This document shows, one piece after another, positions 35,741 to 42,974 of a stretch of 42,974 nt of DNA. The stretch's first letter is position 1; each line of letters begins with the position of its first letter. The stretch comes from a virus (Duplodnaviria > Caudoviricetes): positions 1 to 42,974 of IMG/VR virus record IMGVR_UViG_3300033067_000747; one strand, written 5' to 3'. The notes below the pieces were generated by a model, which searched no databases, was not told the origin of the DNA, and saw only the letters and a program-made list of their open reading frames with translations. The position numbers and the translations under genes were made by a program.

Positions 35741-37198
35741 TCATGCTTCTTTTAGCGGATCGTATTCCGTCAAAACCTTCTGAGACTTAGCCTCTTGCCC
35801 AGGAATCCGAACTGCCGCCGGCTGATCAGGGAGAGCGAAAGTCATAGAGAGGGCGTCCGATTCATCGGGTGAAAACCCGAGGCGCTTTTTGATCTGATCC
35901 TTCTCTTCAACCCTAAGCTTTCCATTCTGTAGCGTGTACGTGTGGGCAACAAGTGCGCGCTTTAATCGCTGGCATTTGGGGAGAACTCCGCCACGTTTGA
36001 CCCACTCTGACAAAAGGAAATAGCATTCTGATCGTTTGTTGAAATATCTAAGGTCGTTTGCTTTTCCGGATCCGTAGAATTCAATAGGTGGATAGCCAGC
36101 TTGAATGAGCGCATCGACGACCCCCGCCCCGTATCCACCGGAGCCATCTACAATATCTAGCTCATGCTCCCACTTCCTTCGTGCCTCTTGTATCCTTCCC
36201 GCGATCTCCTGAGTCCGTGCATTTCGCATCGTGACCATGCGCGCGGCTCGTAGTCCCTGCCGCGGAGCCAGGACCGTGCCGTCATCCCCGAAGCGTGCCA
36301 CGTCCACGCCCATGCGCTTCTGGCTCCAGTTGTATGCGTCGAGCGTTATGTGGCGCTTCATCGCAGCCTCAACGTCATCCAATCCGAAAAGAGAATTGAA
36401 CCCTTGAGGAGGAAAGAGGCCTAGGATAGTGGCCATTACCCAAGGGTTATCGCGGCCGTATAAAGCTATCTGTTCTCGAGCATGCTCGATGTCCACCCGC
36501 GGAGTTCGTTTGGGGTCGTCAGGATCCGCAGTGATCGAGATTACTTCCCACCCGATATCGGTCAGGCACACATGATATAGAAGCCCGGTCGAGGTCGTGG
36601 GGTTTCCGGCAGCTACGATCAGCCCATCGACTACGCCGCCCGTGAAGATCTGCGACGCCTTCTGGCCCACCGATACAGGCATCGCCCCGATCTCGTCTAA
36701 TAGGACGAAAGGGAATTTAGAGTGGAGACCCGACATCGAGCGGCCAATTGATTCTAGGTCTGCATCTTTGGCGTAACTTCTGGCCGATAAGAAGCACGTC
36801 TCAGGATGCTGCTTGTGAACGATCTGCTCTTTATTCCACACGAATAAGTCTTGGAGAATCGGAGCTCGTTGCTGCCACTTGGCGAGTTCCGCCCAGAGAC
36901 CGTCTCGAAGGTTGTCTCTTCCCTCCCCAGAGAGCGCGATTCCCTTTGGATGTTCGCCGATATCACCGAATAGGAGTAGGCGAAGCCATCCCGTGATCGC
37001 GAGAACAGCGGTCTTTCCCGGACCAGTGCAGGCCTTATAGGCAATCTTGCGCCTGGGATTGTGAGCGCCGCCCGACTTCCTTAATCCCTCGACCTGCCAG
37101 TGGTCGGGCTCGAAGTTGAATATCTCACGCGCTGCTGCCACATGATCCATGCGCCAGCGCCTGAGATTCTTCGCGACTATCTTCTCATTTTCAGTCAC
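35741..37198 (-). CDS. terL: Terminase large subunit
   Basis: Walker A CTGPGKT, Walker B VLLDE, GNP coupling motif, nuclease GVDVARFGDD...SPDESDAL. Confidence 0.93.
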   Translation of the reverse strand: MTENEKIVAKNLRRWRMDHVAAAREIFNFEPDHWQVEGLRKSGGAHNPRRKIAYKACTGPGKTAVLAITGWLRLLLFGDIGEHPKGIALSGEGRDNLRDGLWAELAKWQQRAPILQDLFVWNKEQIVHKQHPETCFLSARSYAKDADLESIGRSMSGLHSKFPFVLLDEIGAMPVSVGQKASQIFTGGVVDGLIVAAGNPTTSTGLLYHVCLTDIGWEVISITADPDDPKRTPRVDIEHAREQIALYGRDNPWVMATILGLFPPQGFNSLFGLDDVEAAMKRHITLDAYNWSQKRMGVDVARFGDDGTVLAPRQGLRAARMVTMRNARTQEIAGRIQEARRKWEHELDIVDGSGGYGAGVVDALIQAGYPPIEFYGSGKANDLRYFNKRSECYFLLSEWVKRGGVLPKCQRLKRALVAHTYTLQNGKLRVEEKDQIKKRLGFSPDESDALSMTFALPDQPAAVRIPGQEAKSQKVLTEYDPLKEA

Positions 37199-37265
37199 GC
37201 GAAATGGTCGTCACTTGCGCAAAAGATTATATAGAGAGCGGCCACTATGCAGCACACTCCAGCCA

Positions 37266-37469
37266 TCACCGGGTCCATCGTTTACTCCTTGGCTTCGACA
37301 TGGCTATGCGTATATTCCGCTTCATTACTGAAGCCATCGAGCAGCTCCTGCACCAAATCCCATTCGGCGAAACCAGGTGCCACCATCTTCCAGAAGTAAG
37401 CACTAATCCCCATCGTTCACTCTCCCCTAAAGGCTCTAAGCAGCTGATACAACTAAAGCGCCGAATCAT
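37266..37469 (-). CDS. Small zinc-finger-like hypothetical protein
   Basis: CISC...CRSC. Confidence 0.45.
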   Translation of the reverse strand: MIRRFSCISCLEPLGESERWGLVLTSGRWWHLVSPNGIWCRSCSMASVMKRNIRIAMSKPRSKRWTR

Positions 37470-37617
37470 CTTTACCGTCCTTGTTACAAGTCAGGTTGCC
37501 TATCTCCATGATGCAAACCTCCGGGCCTTTCTTTATGCACGGATCCTTTGGCTCGGCGTGATACTCGGCGCTCGCTCCGCAGCCAAATAGGAGCAGTGAT
37601 AAGAGCGCCGCCCTCAT
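37453..37617 (-). CDS. Putative 54-aa lipoprotein
   Basis: MRAALLSLLLFGC lipobox, ATGA overlap. Below the ORF-track cutoff. Confidence 0.55.
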   Translation of the reverse strand: MRAALLSLLLFGCGASAEYHAEPKDPCIKKGPEVCIMEIGNLTCNKDGKDDSAL

Positions 37618-37802
37618 TTTTTAGCCTCGTGGTAAATCGTTTCCACTACGGCTTCTCGCTTTCCCCATTGCATGCGGGGCTTCTCGCTCAGAACTTTCTG
37701 ATGCTTCCAAACTCTCGAGCCCGTGACTTTGTTCACGTAAGTAGTTACGGAATCTTCGCCACATACAGGACATCTCGAGTCCTTAGGGATCGAGTGCTTC
37801 AC
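37614..37802 (-). CDS. Hypothetical protein
   Basis: CPVC motif, coupled to neighbours. Confidence 0.5.
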   Translation of the reverse strand: MKHSIPKDSRCPVCGEDSVTTYVNKVTGSRVWKHQKVLSEKPRMQWGKREAVVETIYHEAKK

Positions 37803-38167
37803 GCCTCCTCCTTATTCGCGGCCGCGACTAACTGCTCCCACCCGATGGTCCCAGTGTGGTTGATGTTCTCTTTGGGTTTGCCTGCGACTCGGTTGAGCGT
37901 GGACTCGATCGAGGAGAGATCGGAGTTCTCGTAAGCGTAGAGAATACCCCTCGCGTAAAGGACCGTGAGCATAGGCTCGGTCGTGCTCTCGCTGAGTTCG
38001 GTAAGCTTGGCGATATTGTTGTTTAGGAGGAGCTCGACGATCTCCTTAATGTGCTCGTTGGTTACAGCCTTTAGAGCCTTGATCTCTGGGGCTTCAACCG
38101 GGCGACCTTTAGGGTTACCACTCTGGCCCTTCTTGAAGTCGCGGCCGCCCGACTTGGCTCGCTTCAC
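37799..38167 (-). CDS. Terminase small subunit candidate (DUF5681-like)
   Basis: FKKGQSGNPKGRP N-terminal motif and LNRVAGKP, upstream of terL. Confidence 0.8.
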   Translation of the reverse strand: MKRAKSGGRDFKKGQSGNPKGRPVEAPEIKALKAVTNEHIKEIVELLLNNNIAKLTELSESTTEPMLTVLYARGILYAYENSDLSSIESTLNRVAGKPKENINHTGTIGWEQLVAAANKEEA

Positions 38168-38511
38168 AGCAGGACCTCAGGGCAGAACAGCAGAACTGCG
38201 TTAGCGGCCAAGATGGCTCCGATGATTAGGGATATCCCAATAGCCTGAATCGTGGCATTTCCGGACTCGCGCCCCAGGATTAAATCCTCGGCCGTGAGAT
38301 CTAGGCCCCGTTCTTTCGCTATTTGGAGTGCAGCCTTCTGCCAGGACCGAGGCACGTCACCGCCGCATCCGCCCTTATCCTTCGAGCGCTTTAATCGCGA
38401 TACTTCTGTAGGGCATTTGTTTAATGAATTCGCTGCTTTAATGACACCGCCAAAGGCGGCTATTAGACACTCTGCGGCTGATCGCTTTGTCACAGTGATT
38501 CTTTCCCCCAT
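38164..38511 (-). CDS. Cro/YdaS-like HTH protein with C-terminal hydrophobic tail
   Basis: LIAAFGGVIKAANSLNKCPTEVSRL...GDVP...LTAEDL, then a TM-like segment. Confidence 0.75.
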   Translation of the reverse strand: MGERITVTKRSAAECLIAAFGGVIKAANSLNKCPTEVSRLKRSKDKGGCGGDVPRSWQKAALQIAKERGLDLTAEDLILGRESGNATIQAIGISLIIGAILAANAVLLFCPEVLL

Positions 38512-38527
38512 GTACCCTTTGGTATAG

Positions 38528-38548
38528 ATGGTGCGATAAAAGCACCAT
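38528..38548. promoter_or_regulatory. Palindromic operator between the divergent HTH genes
   Basis: ATGGTGC-GATAAAA-GCACCAT, with the same TGGTG-N9-CACCA spacing as the other two sites. Confidence 0.7.
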
Positions 38549-38621
38549 TGTGGGAAGAGAAATTGATCAAGACGATTACGGATTGAATCGCACAGCCATT
38601 CGTGAGATACCGCGCCACCGA

Positions 38622-38864
38622 ATGACTAAGCAGTTCAAAGTAAAAACCAGCCTGTTCGAAGCACGCATGGAGGAGCTCGGATACACTAAGCGCAGCCTTG
38701 CGCCCGAGATTAAAGGACTCAATGGTCCTTTAGATCACACTGCTTTAGTGCGCCGCCTGAGCGGAGAGCGTGCAGTATCCGCGTGGGAAGCTGGGCAGCT
38801 TTCAATCCTGCTCGAGCTGCCGATCGAGACTGTGTTCGAGTGGCTCGGGATAAAGCACCGCTGA
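38622..38864 (+). CDS. XRE-like HTH regulator
   Basis: MEELGYTKRSLA...LVRRLSGER...EAGQLSILLELP. Start may instead be GTG 38550. Confidence 0.75.
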   Translation: MTKQFKVKTSLFEARMEELGYTKRSLAPEIKGLNGPLDHTALVRRLSGERAVSAWEAGQLSILLELPIETVFEWLGIKHR

Positions 38865-38906
38865 TTTTTCGCTGTTCTTATAATAGATCCCCATCCTCGT
38901 AACCCA

Positions 38907-39302
38907 TTAACCACAAATGGCTAATTGATGTATCGCGCATAACTTAGAATAGATCCCAGATCGTTTCCCATCCCCCAGCATCGCCGAAATCTTGGCTAGG
39001 GCTTCGATTGATTCCTGCGCACCGCAGTTACATTTCTTTTCCCTGGAATCGTCAGCGCATCCACCTTCCGAAAGCGGGCAGGAATACCAAGAGTCGTCGC
39101 ATTCAAGATGCCCGGTGTTTTTCCGTAAACTCTCCATAGCCAGCACGAGGGCCGGGAGGAATAGCTCAGCGCCTGCATTGAAAGCGCCACAACAACCGTC
39201 GTTTGCCTCTGATAAAAGCACTCTGGTTACACGATCATTTAGGCGAGGATACTTTTCATCTGCGTTTCTAAGCGCAATTCTTCGCAGGTCGGAGGGGGTC
39301 AT
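38907..39302 (-). CDS. Hypothetical protein with Cys-rich segment
   Basis: ATGA-coupled start at 39302, HLECDDSWYSCP...CNCG. Confidence 0.6.
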   Translation of the reverse strand: MTPSDLRRIALRNADEKYPRLNDRVTRVLLSEANDGCCGAFNAGAELFLPALVLAMESLRKNTGHLECDDSWYSCPLSEGGCADDSREKKCNCGAQESIEALAKISAMLGDGKRSGIYSKLCAIHQLAICG

Positions 39303-39562
39303 GGCTTCCACCAATCTGGCTTTGGGAAGCGATCGGTAAACATAATCGGCGATCGTCCATCGGACCACTCATCAACTTCCGCGTCTGGCCAATACTTCGT
39401 AAGGTCCTCTTTATTCGGAAGCCACGCTATGAGAATTGCCTTGTTATCGCCGTAACCAGAACACCAATACGGCCCTGGGGGCGGGAATTTCAACGGGCGA
39501 AAGTCTTCTACATTTTTTTCGTAAAACCTAACTCTCCAAAATTGATTCTTTCCTGTACTCAC
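39299..39562 (-). CDS. Conserved-type phage hypothetical protein
   Basis: DFRPLKFPPPGPYWCSG...YWPDAE...FTDRFPKPDWW. Confidence 0.7.
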   Translation of the reverse strand: MSTGKNQFWRVRFYEKNVEDFRPLKFPPPGPYWCSGYGDNKAILIAWLPNKEDLTKYWPDAEVDEWSDGRSPIMFTDRFPKPDWWKP

Positions 39563-39762
39563 TCTTTATCTCCTGCGCTGGTTAGGGGGTTGGGGGAATA
39601 GAAATTCGCCCCGCATCCACATCGGTCAATATCTATAATTCCACATGCCTTATCTGCTGCGGTGATCGTGTGCGGCCTACAACAATTCATGCAGGTCCAA
39701 AATTTCAGAATCTGCGGCCCGTTGTATTCAGGCGGTGCGTCTATCCAAGTTTGGTCTTTCAC
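39559..39762 (-). CDS. Small zinc-ribbon-like protein
   Basis: CMNC...CGCG, coupled to neighbours. Confidence 0.55.
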   Translation of the reverse strand: MKDQTWIDAPPEYNGPQILKFWTCMNCCRPHTITAADKACGIIDIDRCGCGANFYSPNPLTSAGDKE

Positions 39763-39953
39763 TTCACCATTTCCTTAATCGGTGGATATTTCGCAATGCA
39801 GATATAAACTTCTCCAGATTGATAACAGTGCTTTTCGGCTAGCCAATCGTCGAATTTCACGGTGCGCCCAATTCCGTAACCAAGCGCTAGGCCGAAGAAA
39901 AACAAAACAACCATCAAGAAAATTGCGAAGCAGTCACCTTCTGTAATATTCAT
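39759..39953 (-). CDS. Small single-TM protein
   Basis: Hydrophobic N-terminus, coupled to neighbours. Confidence 0.6.
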   Translation of the reverse strand: MNITEGDCFAIFLMVVLFFFGLALGYGIGRTVKFDDWLAEKHCYQSGEVYICIAKYPPIKEMVK

Positions 39954-40267
39954 TTCACTTCCCCCTTGGCCTTCGCTCGCTCGGACTTGGCTAGATCCAG
40001 CAGCATCGTATCGCTACAGCCATTCAGGACTAAACGCGCACACTCCTCGAAAGCATCAGCTCGAGCCTCTGCAAGGGCCATTGTGTGCTCAGCGAGGGAG
40101 AGATATTCGTCTGCTAGAACTGGGCACACTTCAGAAGATGGATATGCGCTAACCGTTTTATCAGCCTGTCGATGCTGCCCAATGAATCTTCTCGGCGGAA
40201 AGTTCGGTTTGTTACTCATGGGACTCCTTTTTTGGTTTTGGCGGATTAAATCTAGGTAAAGAGTCAA
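39950..40267 (-). CDS. Hypothetical protein
   Basis: Likely true start is MSNKP after an AAGGAG RBS. Confidence 0.55.
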   Translation of the reverse strand: MTLYLDLIRQNQKRSPMSNKPNFPPRRFIGQHRQADKTVSAYPSSEVCPVLADEYLSLAEHTMALAEARADAFEECARLVLNGCSDTMLLDLAKSERAKAKGEVK

Positions 40268-40409
40268 ACCACATTACTCGATCCTGAACTATATCCATGA
40301 TCTGCGCGTCAGTTGGGAACTTCTTAAAGTCTCTCCTCGCCTGCTCGCATATGGTTATTTTAGCGAATCTGAATAGAAGCTCTTCATTGCTTAGAATTTT
40401 CTTCGTCAT
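40212..40409 (-). CDS. Hypothetical protein
   Basis: AAGGAG RBS, 65 aa. Confidence 0.6.
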   Translation of the reverse strand: MTKKILSNEELLFRFAKITICEQARRDFKKFPTDAQIMDIVQDRVMWFDSLPRFNPPKPKKESHE

Positions 40410-40552
40410 TTGGACTCCTTGGAGGCGAGGGCTTCTTTAATAATTCCTATCGCCTGATCTCGCCAAAACACACCGTACTTTTCACTCCCACCAACTAGCG
40501 CCTCACCGACTCGATTCAAGGCATCGCTCATCTCCGCAATCCTCTCCCTCAC

Positions 40553-40948
40553 TTAAGCTTCGGCGCACAGCTTGCGAAGATCGCTAGCAAGAAGAAACGA
40601 CGCTTTGACGTATCCCTCTACTGGCGTGCATATTCCAGCTCCGGAAATCTCAGCTAAACAAGTTAGCGCCATCTCATCCCTCTCCGCTTCAGCCTTGGGC
40701 TTCTTGCGGAGGCGGCGGCATTGCGTTCTATGAACAGTTACGCAGTTATCAATTACTACGCCTATCGCCTCTGGCTTATCGGCTTTTACGTTTACCCAAC
40801 CATCACCCCTCTTTCCCACGTTGGCATTTAATACTGTCGCGGCCCAATGTGGATTATTAGCCATTTTATCGGCTGGAATGCGCGACATTTGAGAGTTTCC
40901 GTAAACTCTTACTCTGTCTCCCACTGCCAAAGGCGCTCTAGGTTTCAT
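40553..40948 (-). CDS. Hypothetical protein (SH3/KOW-like N-terminus)
   Basis: LAVGDRVRV motif. Confidence 0.55.
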   Translation of the reverse strand: MKPRAPLAVGDRVRVYGNSQMSRIPADKMANNPHWAATVLNANVGKRGDGWVNVKADKPEAIGVVIDNCVTVHRTQCRRLRKKPKAEAERDEMALTCLAEISGAGICTPVEGYVKASFLLASDLRKLCAEA

Positions 40949-41216
40949 TGGGAACCTCTTCGTAAGTCATGGCGAAAATCTCTGGCTTACATGGATAGAA
41001 TTCGCCTTTGACACCCTTTATGATCCAATCGCCATCACTTACGTTTAACTCACCCTCCAGAGTGGGGATTGACATACAAATAACCTCCTCTCCGTCGCCA
41101 GTGCTGTAGTCAAAATCGACAGTGACGAATCCCGCAATAATGTCGGAATCCATTCCTAGTTTGAATTGCAATGCTTCGATTTCTACCGGCAATTTTCTAA
41201 ACTTCTTAACTTTCAT
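40938..41216 (-). CDS. Conserved phage protein (PGDYG-like)
   Basis: FRKLPVEIEA...IPTLEG...GDWIIKGVKGEFYPCKPEIF. Confidence 0.8.
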   Translation of the reverse strand: MKVKKFRKLPVEIEALQFKLGMDSDIIAGFVTVDFDYSTGDGEEVICMSIPTLEGELNVSDGDWIIKGVKGEFYPCKPEIFAMTYEEVPNET

Positions 41217-41258
41217 ATTCTCTCCTTCTCTCTGCCCCTATAACCGGGGGCGCGGGGG

Positions 41259-41411
41259 TTACCTTTTCTTTTTCTTCTTCGGTTTTGGCTTAAATTCGTT
41301 TCGATAGCGGCCAACTATTTCTGCAAAATGTGCAGGAGTAATCAGCTTCCCGGGCCGAAAATGGGCACGCGCCAAATACATAAAAGCTTGATACCAATTT
41401 GCTCGCGCCAT
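41259..41411 (-). CDS. Putative 50-aa basic protein
   Basis: GGGGGAG RBS, MARANWYQ...KPKPKKKKKR. Confidence 0.5.
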   Translation of the reverse strand: MARANWYQAFMYLARAHFRPGKLITPAHFAEIVGRYRNEFKPKPKKKKKR

Positions 41412-41456
41412 TCTCTCCCCCTGTTATCCCAACCCGGCGTGGGCCGGGGTTACTTC

Positions 41457-41612
41457 TTACGGTTTTTGGCAGATGAGAACTTCACCCGCGCTTTTGCAAT
41501 TTAGTTTGTTTAGATACTTGCGTTCTGTGTCCGACACACCTGCAAAGTAAATAGCCAACGGGAGAGCGAGCACAAACAAGAAAATGATCGCCGCTACGAG
41601 TAGTTCCCTCAT
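41457..41612 (-). CDS. Putative 51-aa single-TM protein
   Basis: MRELLVAAIIFLFVLALPLAIYFAG, ATGA overlap with the lysozyme stop. Confidence 0.55.
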   Translation of the reverse strand: MRELLVAAIIFLFVLALPLAIYFAGVSDTERKYLNKLNCKSAGEVLICQKP

Positions 41613-42298
41613 TTGTAACCACGATTTTTAAACGCCGTGAACTTGGCCACAGTATCGAACTCGCGCCAATCTCTGCCTTGGAAGAGGCGAATCTCAGCCC
41701 ATCGCCTTCTATCCAATCCAAGGAGATATTTCGGAGGTGAACCCGCGTAGTTGTAGGTTGCGATAACTTTGCAAATCTCCGCGTTCTCTTCCGCGTCTAA
41801 AACTTTATCCTTGAGGTAAGCATCGCAAAGGTCATCTAGCTTTTGATCGTACCTTCCACAGCCTCTGTTGTAGGTGAAGGACATGAGCGCACTGAATTGG
41901 TCATCACTGAGATAGTCTTCAGTCTCTGTCATAGACCGAATGAACTTCGCGCCTTCCTCATAGAGGTCATCCAAAAGCCACTGATCTGCCTGGGCCTGCG
42001 TGCAAACATCTCCCATCTTTACCTTCTGGCCATTCGAGTATCGGATGCGTCCCCAACCAATCGTGGGCACTTTCACACTGTCGAGATACGCATGTAAGAA
42101 ACACGCTTCGAAATGTTGAACTAGCTTTAGTCCTTCCTGGTTGATTAGGAATTGCCAATTGACATCGAAGTATCTCGAAGAAGTAAGTACACTCTCCACT
42201 GGTTTACCCGTGTTCCCCTCGGGGAGGTCACTGGGTTTCTGGGGAATGGTCCCCTCTTTCTTACTTCCAAAGATCTTGTTGAATAATTCACAGGCCAT
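41609..42298 (-). CDS. Lysozyme (GH24, phage-type endolysin)
   Basis: HFEAC...AYLDSVKVPTIGWG (E-x8-D-x5-T triad), QFSALMSFTYN, GLDRRRWAE. Confidence 0.92.
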   Translation of the reverse strand: MACELFNKIFGSKKEGTIPQKPSDLPEGNTGKPVESVLTSSRYFDVNWQFLINQEGLKLVQHFEACFLHAYLDSVKVPTIGWGRIRYSNGQKVKMGDVCTQAQADQWLLDDLYEEGAKFIRSMTETEDYLSDDQFSALMSFTYNRGCGRYDQKLDDLCDAYLKDKVLDAEENAEICKVIATYNYAGSPPKYLLGLDRRRWAEIRLFQGRDWREFDTVAKFTAFKNRGYK

Positions 42299-42974
42299 TA
42301 GTTTACTCCCTGGAAGAATGAAGAGAATTCACTCGCGCCAAACCTTCCCTTAGTTAGTTCGATTGCTTTCTTCACTGTTAAATCTTTTGGAATAGTTACC
42401 GAGTTACAAAACTCACGAACGCCAAATTCACAGGCTCCAGTGATTGCGCGGTAAGCCTGAATCGCATCGTCTTCGGAAATCTCAGTTTCAAGTTTCCATT
42501 CTTTGAATCTCTCGGTGTCGCGGTCAGATAGCTTGTAACGTAAGCCTTCAACTGCCTTCTCCACAGTCTCACCATGAGAGAAAGTTTCTCCGCGTTGTGC
42601 GCAATACGCCGTTTTTTGACCGCCTCTAACTTGGATTGTGAAAATGGAGACATTTCCAGAGACATTTCCAGAGACATTTTTAGAGATGAATTTACCTAAA
42701 ATCCCATCGGCGAAAAGAAACCCCTTCGACATAAAATCAGCTTTAATCTTGGTTCTAATATCTATGCGCAGACTTGCGGAGAATCCAATCGCCCACTCTC
42801 TTGCGCCCTTGTCGTTTCCCTTTAATCCCGATGGCAGCTTCGCACTTCCGTAGACGTAGATGTAACCGCCAACCGAGGTCAGTGCATCAAGCTTCGCACT
42901 TCCGTAGACGTAGATGTAACCGCCAACCGAGGTCAGTGCATCAAGCTTCGCACTTCCGTAGACGCGGAGGTCAC
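42298..42974 (-). CDS. C-terminal part of the tandem-repeat protein
   Basis: The frame is open from the window end: DLRVYGSAKLDALTSVGGYIYVYGSAK...LPSGLKG...MSKGFLFADGIL...YRAITGACEFG. Confidence 0.85.
   Translation of the reverse strand, partial: DLRVYGSAKLDALTSVGGYIYVYGSAKLDALTSVGGYIYVYGSAKLPSGLKGNDKGAREWAIGFSASLRIDIRTKIKADFMSKGFLFADGILGKFISKNVSGNVSGNVSIFTIQVRGGQKTAYCAQRGETFSHGETVEKAVEGLRYKLSDRDTERFKEWKLETEISEDDAIQAYRAITGACEFGVREFCNSVTIPKDLTVKKAIELTKGRFGASEFSSFFQGVN
42836..42974. repeat. 54-nt units of the same coding tandem repeat
   Basis: Same unit as 1-391 but with TAC (Tyr) in place of GAC (Asp) at one codon. Confidence 0.95.

Larger units (their letters stand above)
1..42974. mobile_element. 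Temperate podovirus-like phage genome, near-complete, excised (attP) form, broken within a repeat gene
   Basis: Terminase, portal, capsid, tail tubular, integrase, repressor, replication and lysis genes are all present. There are no host housekeeping genes. Both ends lie in the same repeat-containing ORF. Confidence 0.93.

Noticed and set aside
16464-37590. Many plus-strand ORFs of 60-130 aa opposite the structural genes
   Set aside because: They are antisense shadows lacking recognisable motifs.
42648-42680. 12-nt tandem duplication encoding NVSGNVSGNVS
   Set aside because: A short in-frame slippage with no evidence of function.

Overview
The window is almost certainly a near-complete genome of a temperate short-tailed dsDNA phage (about 43 kb), with a virion module laid out like that of Bordetella phage BPP-1. 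It was linearised inside a tandem-repeat gene whose two halves lie at the two ends. Nearly all genes are on the minus strand. In transcription order they run: cI/cro-like switch (8.2 kb), early genes, xis, tyrosine integrase, attP (3' half of tRNA-Val(TAC) flanked by arm-like repeats), two methyltransferases (the C5 enzyme split over two overlapping frames, as in M.EcoHK31I), replication initiator and loader, HNH-like nuclease, repeat protein, lysozyme, small ORFs, a second HTH pair, terminase, GNAT, portal, scaffold, capsid, cement, tail tubular A/B, internal virion proteins including a 2625-aa polyvalent protein, tail-fibre-like genes, an O-antigen-ligase-family gene, holin/spanin candidates and an exonuclease. 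The most unusual observations are: (1) four Ser/Thr-rich fibre or decoration-like proteins with Sec signal peptides next to an O-antigen-ligase/O-OTase-like enzyme, suggesting export and possibly glycosylation of virion parts; (2) a TGGTG-N9-CACCA palindrome in front of three late gene blocks; (3) attP placed between the early promoter and the replication genes; (4) the dual-frame methyltransferase with a C10 tract that could fuse it to the upstream methyltransferase; (5) a probable CTG start on tail tubular B. All calls come from reading the sequence and recognising motifs; no database search was run.
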